NCBI GenBank assembly: GCA_012295275.1
Contig: CM022667.1
Span: forward strand, 11,098,001-11,162,000
DNA from: Chrysomallon squamiferum
Lineage: Eukaryota; Animalia; Mollusca
Direction of reading: 5' to 3'
DNA length: 64,000 nt
Of this stretch, positions 62,382 to 64,000 are shown in pieces. Below the pieces are notes generated by a model, which was given only the letters and a program-made list of their open reading frames with translations, ran no database searches and was not told the DNA's origin. Numbering within the stretch: the first letter of the stretch is position 1; every line of letters starts with the position of its first letter. The position numbers and the translations under genes are program-made.

Positions 62382-62521
62382 TTGTCTGAAACGCCACTGG
62401 TTGCAGACATTGTATGAAAAGCCATCGGTTCCAGCCATTGTCTGAAACGTCATTTGTTGCAGACGTTGTCTGAAACACCACTGGTTCTAGCCATTGTCTG
62501 AAACGCCACTGGTTTCAGGAT
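62382..62521. repeat. 28-bp minisatellite, 5 copies
   Basis: Consensus ttgtctgaaacgccactggttNcagNca; units start at 62382, 62410, 62438, 62466 and 62494. Confidence 0.92.
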
Positions 62522-63823
62522 CAGTTCTGGCTGACGCGTTTAGGATCGGGTTATTGTTTAATGATTAAAATGGTTGTCTGGCCATTTCTTCACGAGAGCG
62601 GTTGAGGATCAGTCCTTTGTTGTGCTTTCGCTTTGTTATTTTTTCCCATTCCAACCAATTCTTAGTGACTATATATTGAAAAGCTGATGTTCTCTACTAA
62701 CCAAAGGAAGGTGTAAATTGAAAACAGTTGTTGCTGAGTAATTAATGAATCACTGGAGCGGAGACATCGGTTTTCATCCCTCAGATATTATTAGTATTAT
62801 TATTATTTATAAAGATTATTTTAATCACCCATAAACTGTTAACATAACAATGTGATATACAAATATATCTTTATTCGTTCATTTGGAAGAATAGTTACAA
62901 CAACAACAACAACAACAACAACAATAATATCTAATAATAATTGTGATGGTAGTCCTCTTGCTCTTAATGTTATTTCCTAAAATGGCAATGTTACGCCAAC
63001 CAAAGCAATGGCTATGATAATAAATAAGGAAATGAACTGAAGTTAAACGATAAAACACATTTCGACAGCAGTTTATTATTAATATATTAATTGTCTGGAA
63101 ACCTCTTTAATGGTTTAATAACGTAAAATTAATGACTTTCTTTGTTAAACTTTTAAAAAACCTTCATACATATTTACAATCAATTTCATAAGGCTAGTGG
63201 TAATATTCACAAAAGCAAAACGTGAATCTGCTTAACAGAAAACTGCAACTTACGCAACACGAAAAAGCAATAAAATATCATTGAGTATGGACGTTATTTT
63301 TCAATAAAAAAAAAGTATCTTAGGCAAAGTTAAAAGACACTTCGGCATCCCCCGCCGTCATGCGACAAAGCTTATTTTTTTGTCTGTGAATTGACGACGT
63401 GAAAATTCTCACATAGGTTAATGCGTTTAATTTTAGCCTATTATTGCGAAGAAGGCAGATGGCACAAGACTTTCGGTAACTCAAGTAACAGAAATGATTA
63501 ACCACATTGACAAAACGCTAAGGCGAGCGCAGATGAAGCGAATTACGTATGCACAGTTAGGGCCGCGTTCTGTGTTACTTTCCACCGCTGAATTAGGAGA
63601 ATGCAGTTCCGGTAAAATTATTTTAGGTTCACGGAACGCATTTGGTAAATGAAGCCTATGGAAGTGAAAGAAAAGACTGCGGAACCTGTGTTGCATATAA
63701 GGAGAGGTTGGGGGGGGGGGTTGGGTGTTAAAATCGTGGTTTTCATCTTGATGTTTTTTGTTTCTGATTTTTCTTCTTCCCTCATTTTATTTTATTTTTC
63801 TCTTTCTATATTATTACAATATT

Positions 63824-63915
<92 letters not shown>

Positions 63916-64000
63916 TCCTTCTAACGTTCTCTTCTGCTTCCTTTTTCTTATTTTAATCTTTATTTTGTTATTTATTTTACTTTATTTTTCTTTTTTATTT

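Overview
AT-rich eukaryotic DNA, essentially non-coding, saturated with simple and compound microsatellites ((AG)n/(CT)n, (AAT)n, (AAC)n, (AAG)n, (ACT)n, (AAAT)n, (TATC)n, long A/T runs). These alternate every ~0.5-1.5 kb with short islands of unique, CpG-containing sequence. This landscape resembles an SSR-rich invertebrate genome such as an octopod cephalopod; that is inference and I cannot confirm the taxon. Most supplied ORFs are microsatellite or low-complexity translations, and I recognise no protein domain, rRNA, intact tRNA, CRISPR array or transposase. Best supported non-SSR structure: a promoter-like island at ~30.9-31.1 kb beside a candidate minus-strand first coding exon; a second promoter-like island at ~52.5-52.9 kb with a divergent tRNA-like Pol III element; an apparent excess of CRE/bZIP palindromes; a recurrent AACTGYCG/CAGACGACAG motif; two minisatellites; and a few weak micro-exon candidates. 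I found no convincing novel biological system; the findings are regulatory or structural hypotheses.
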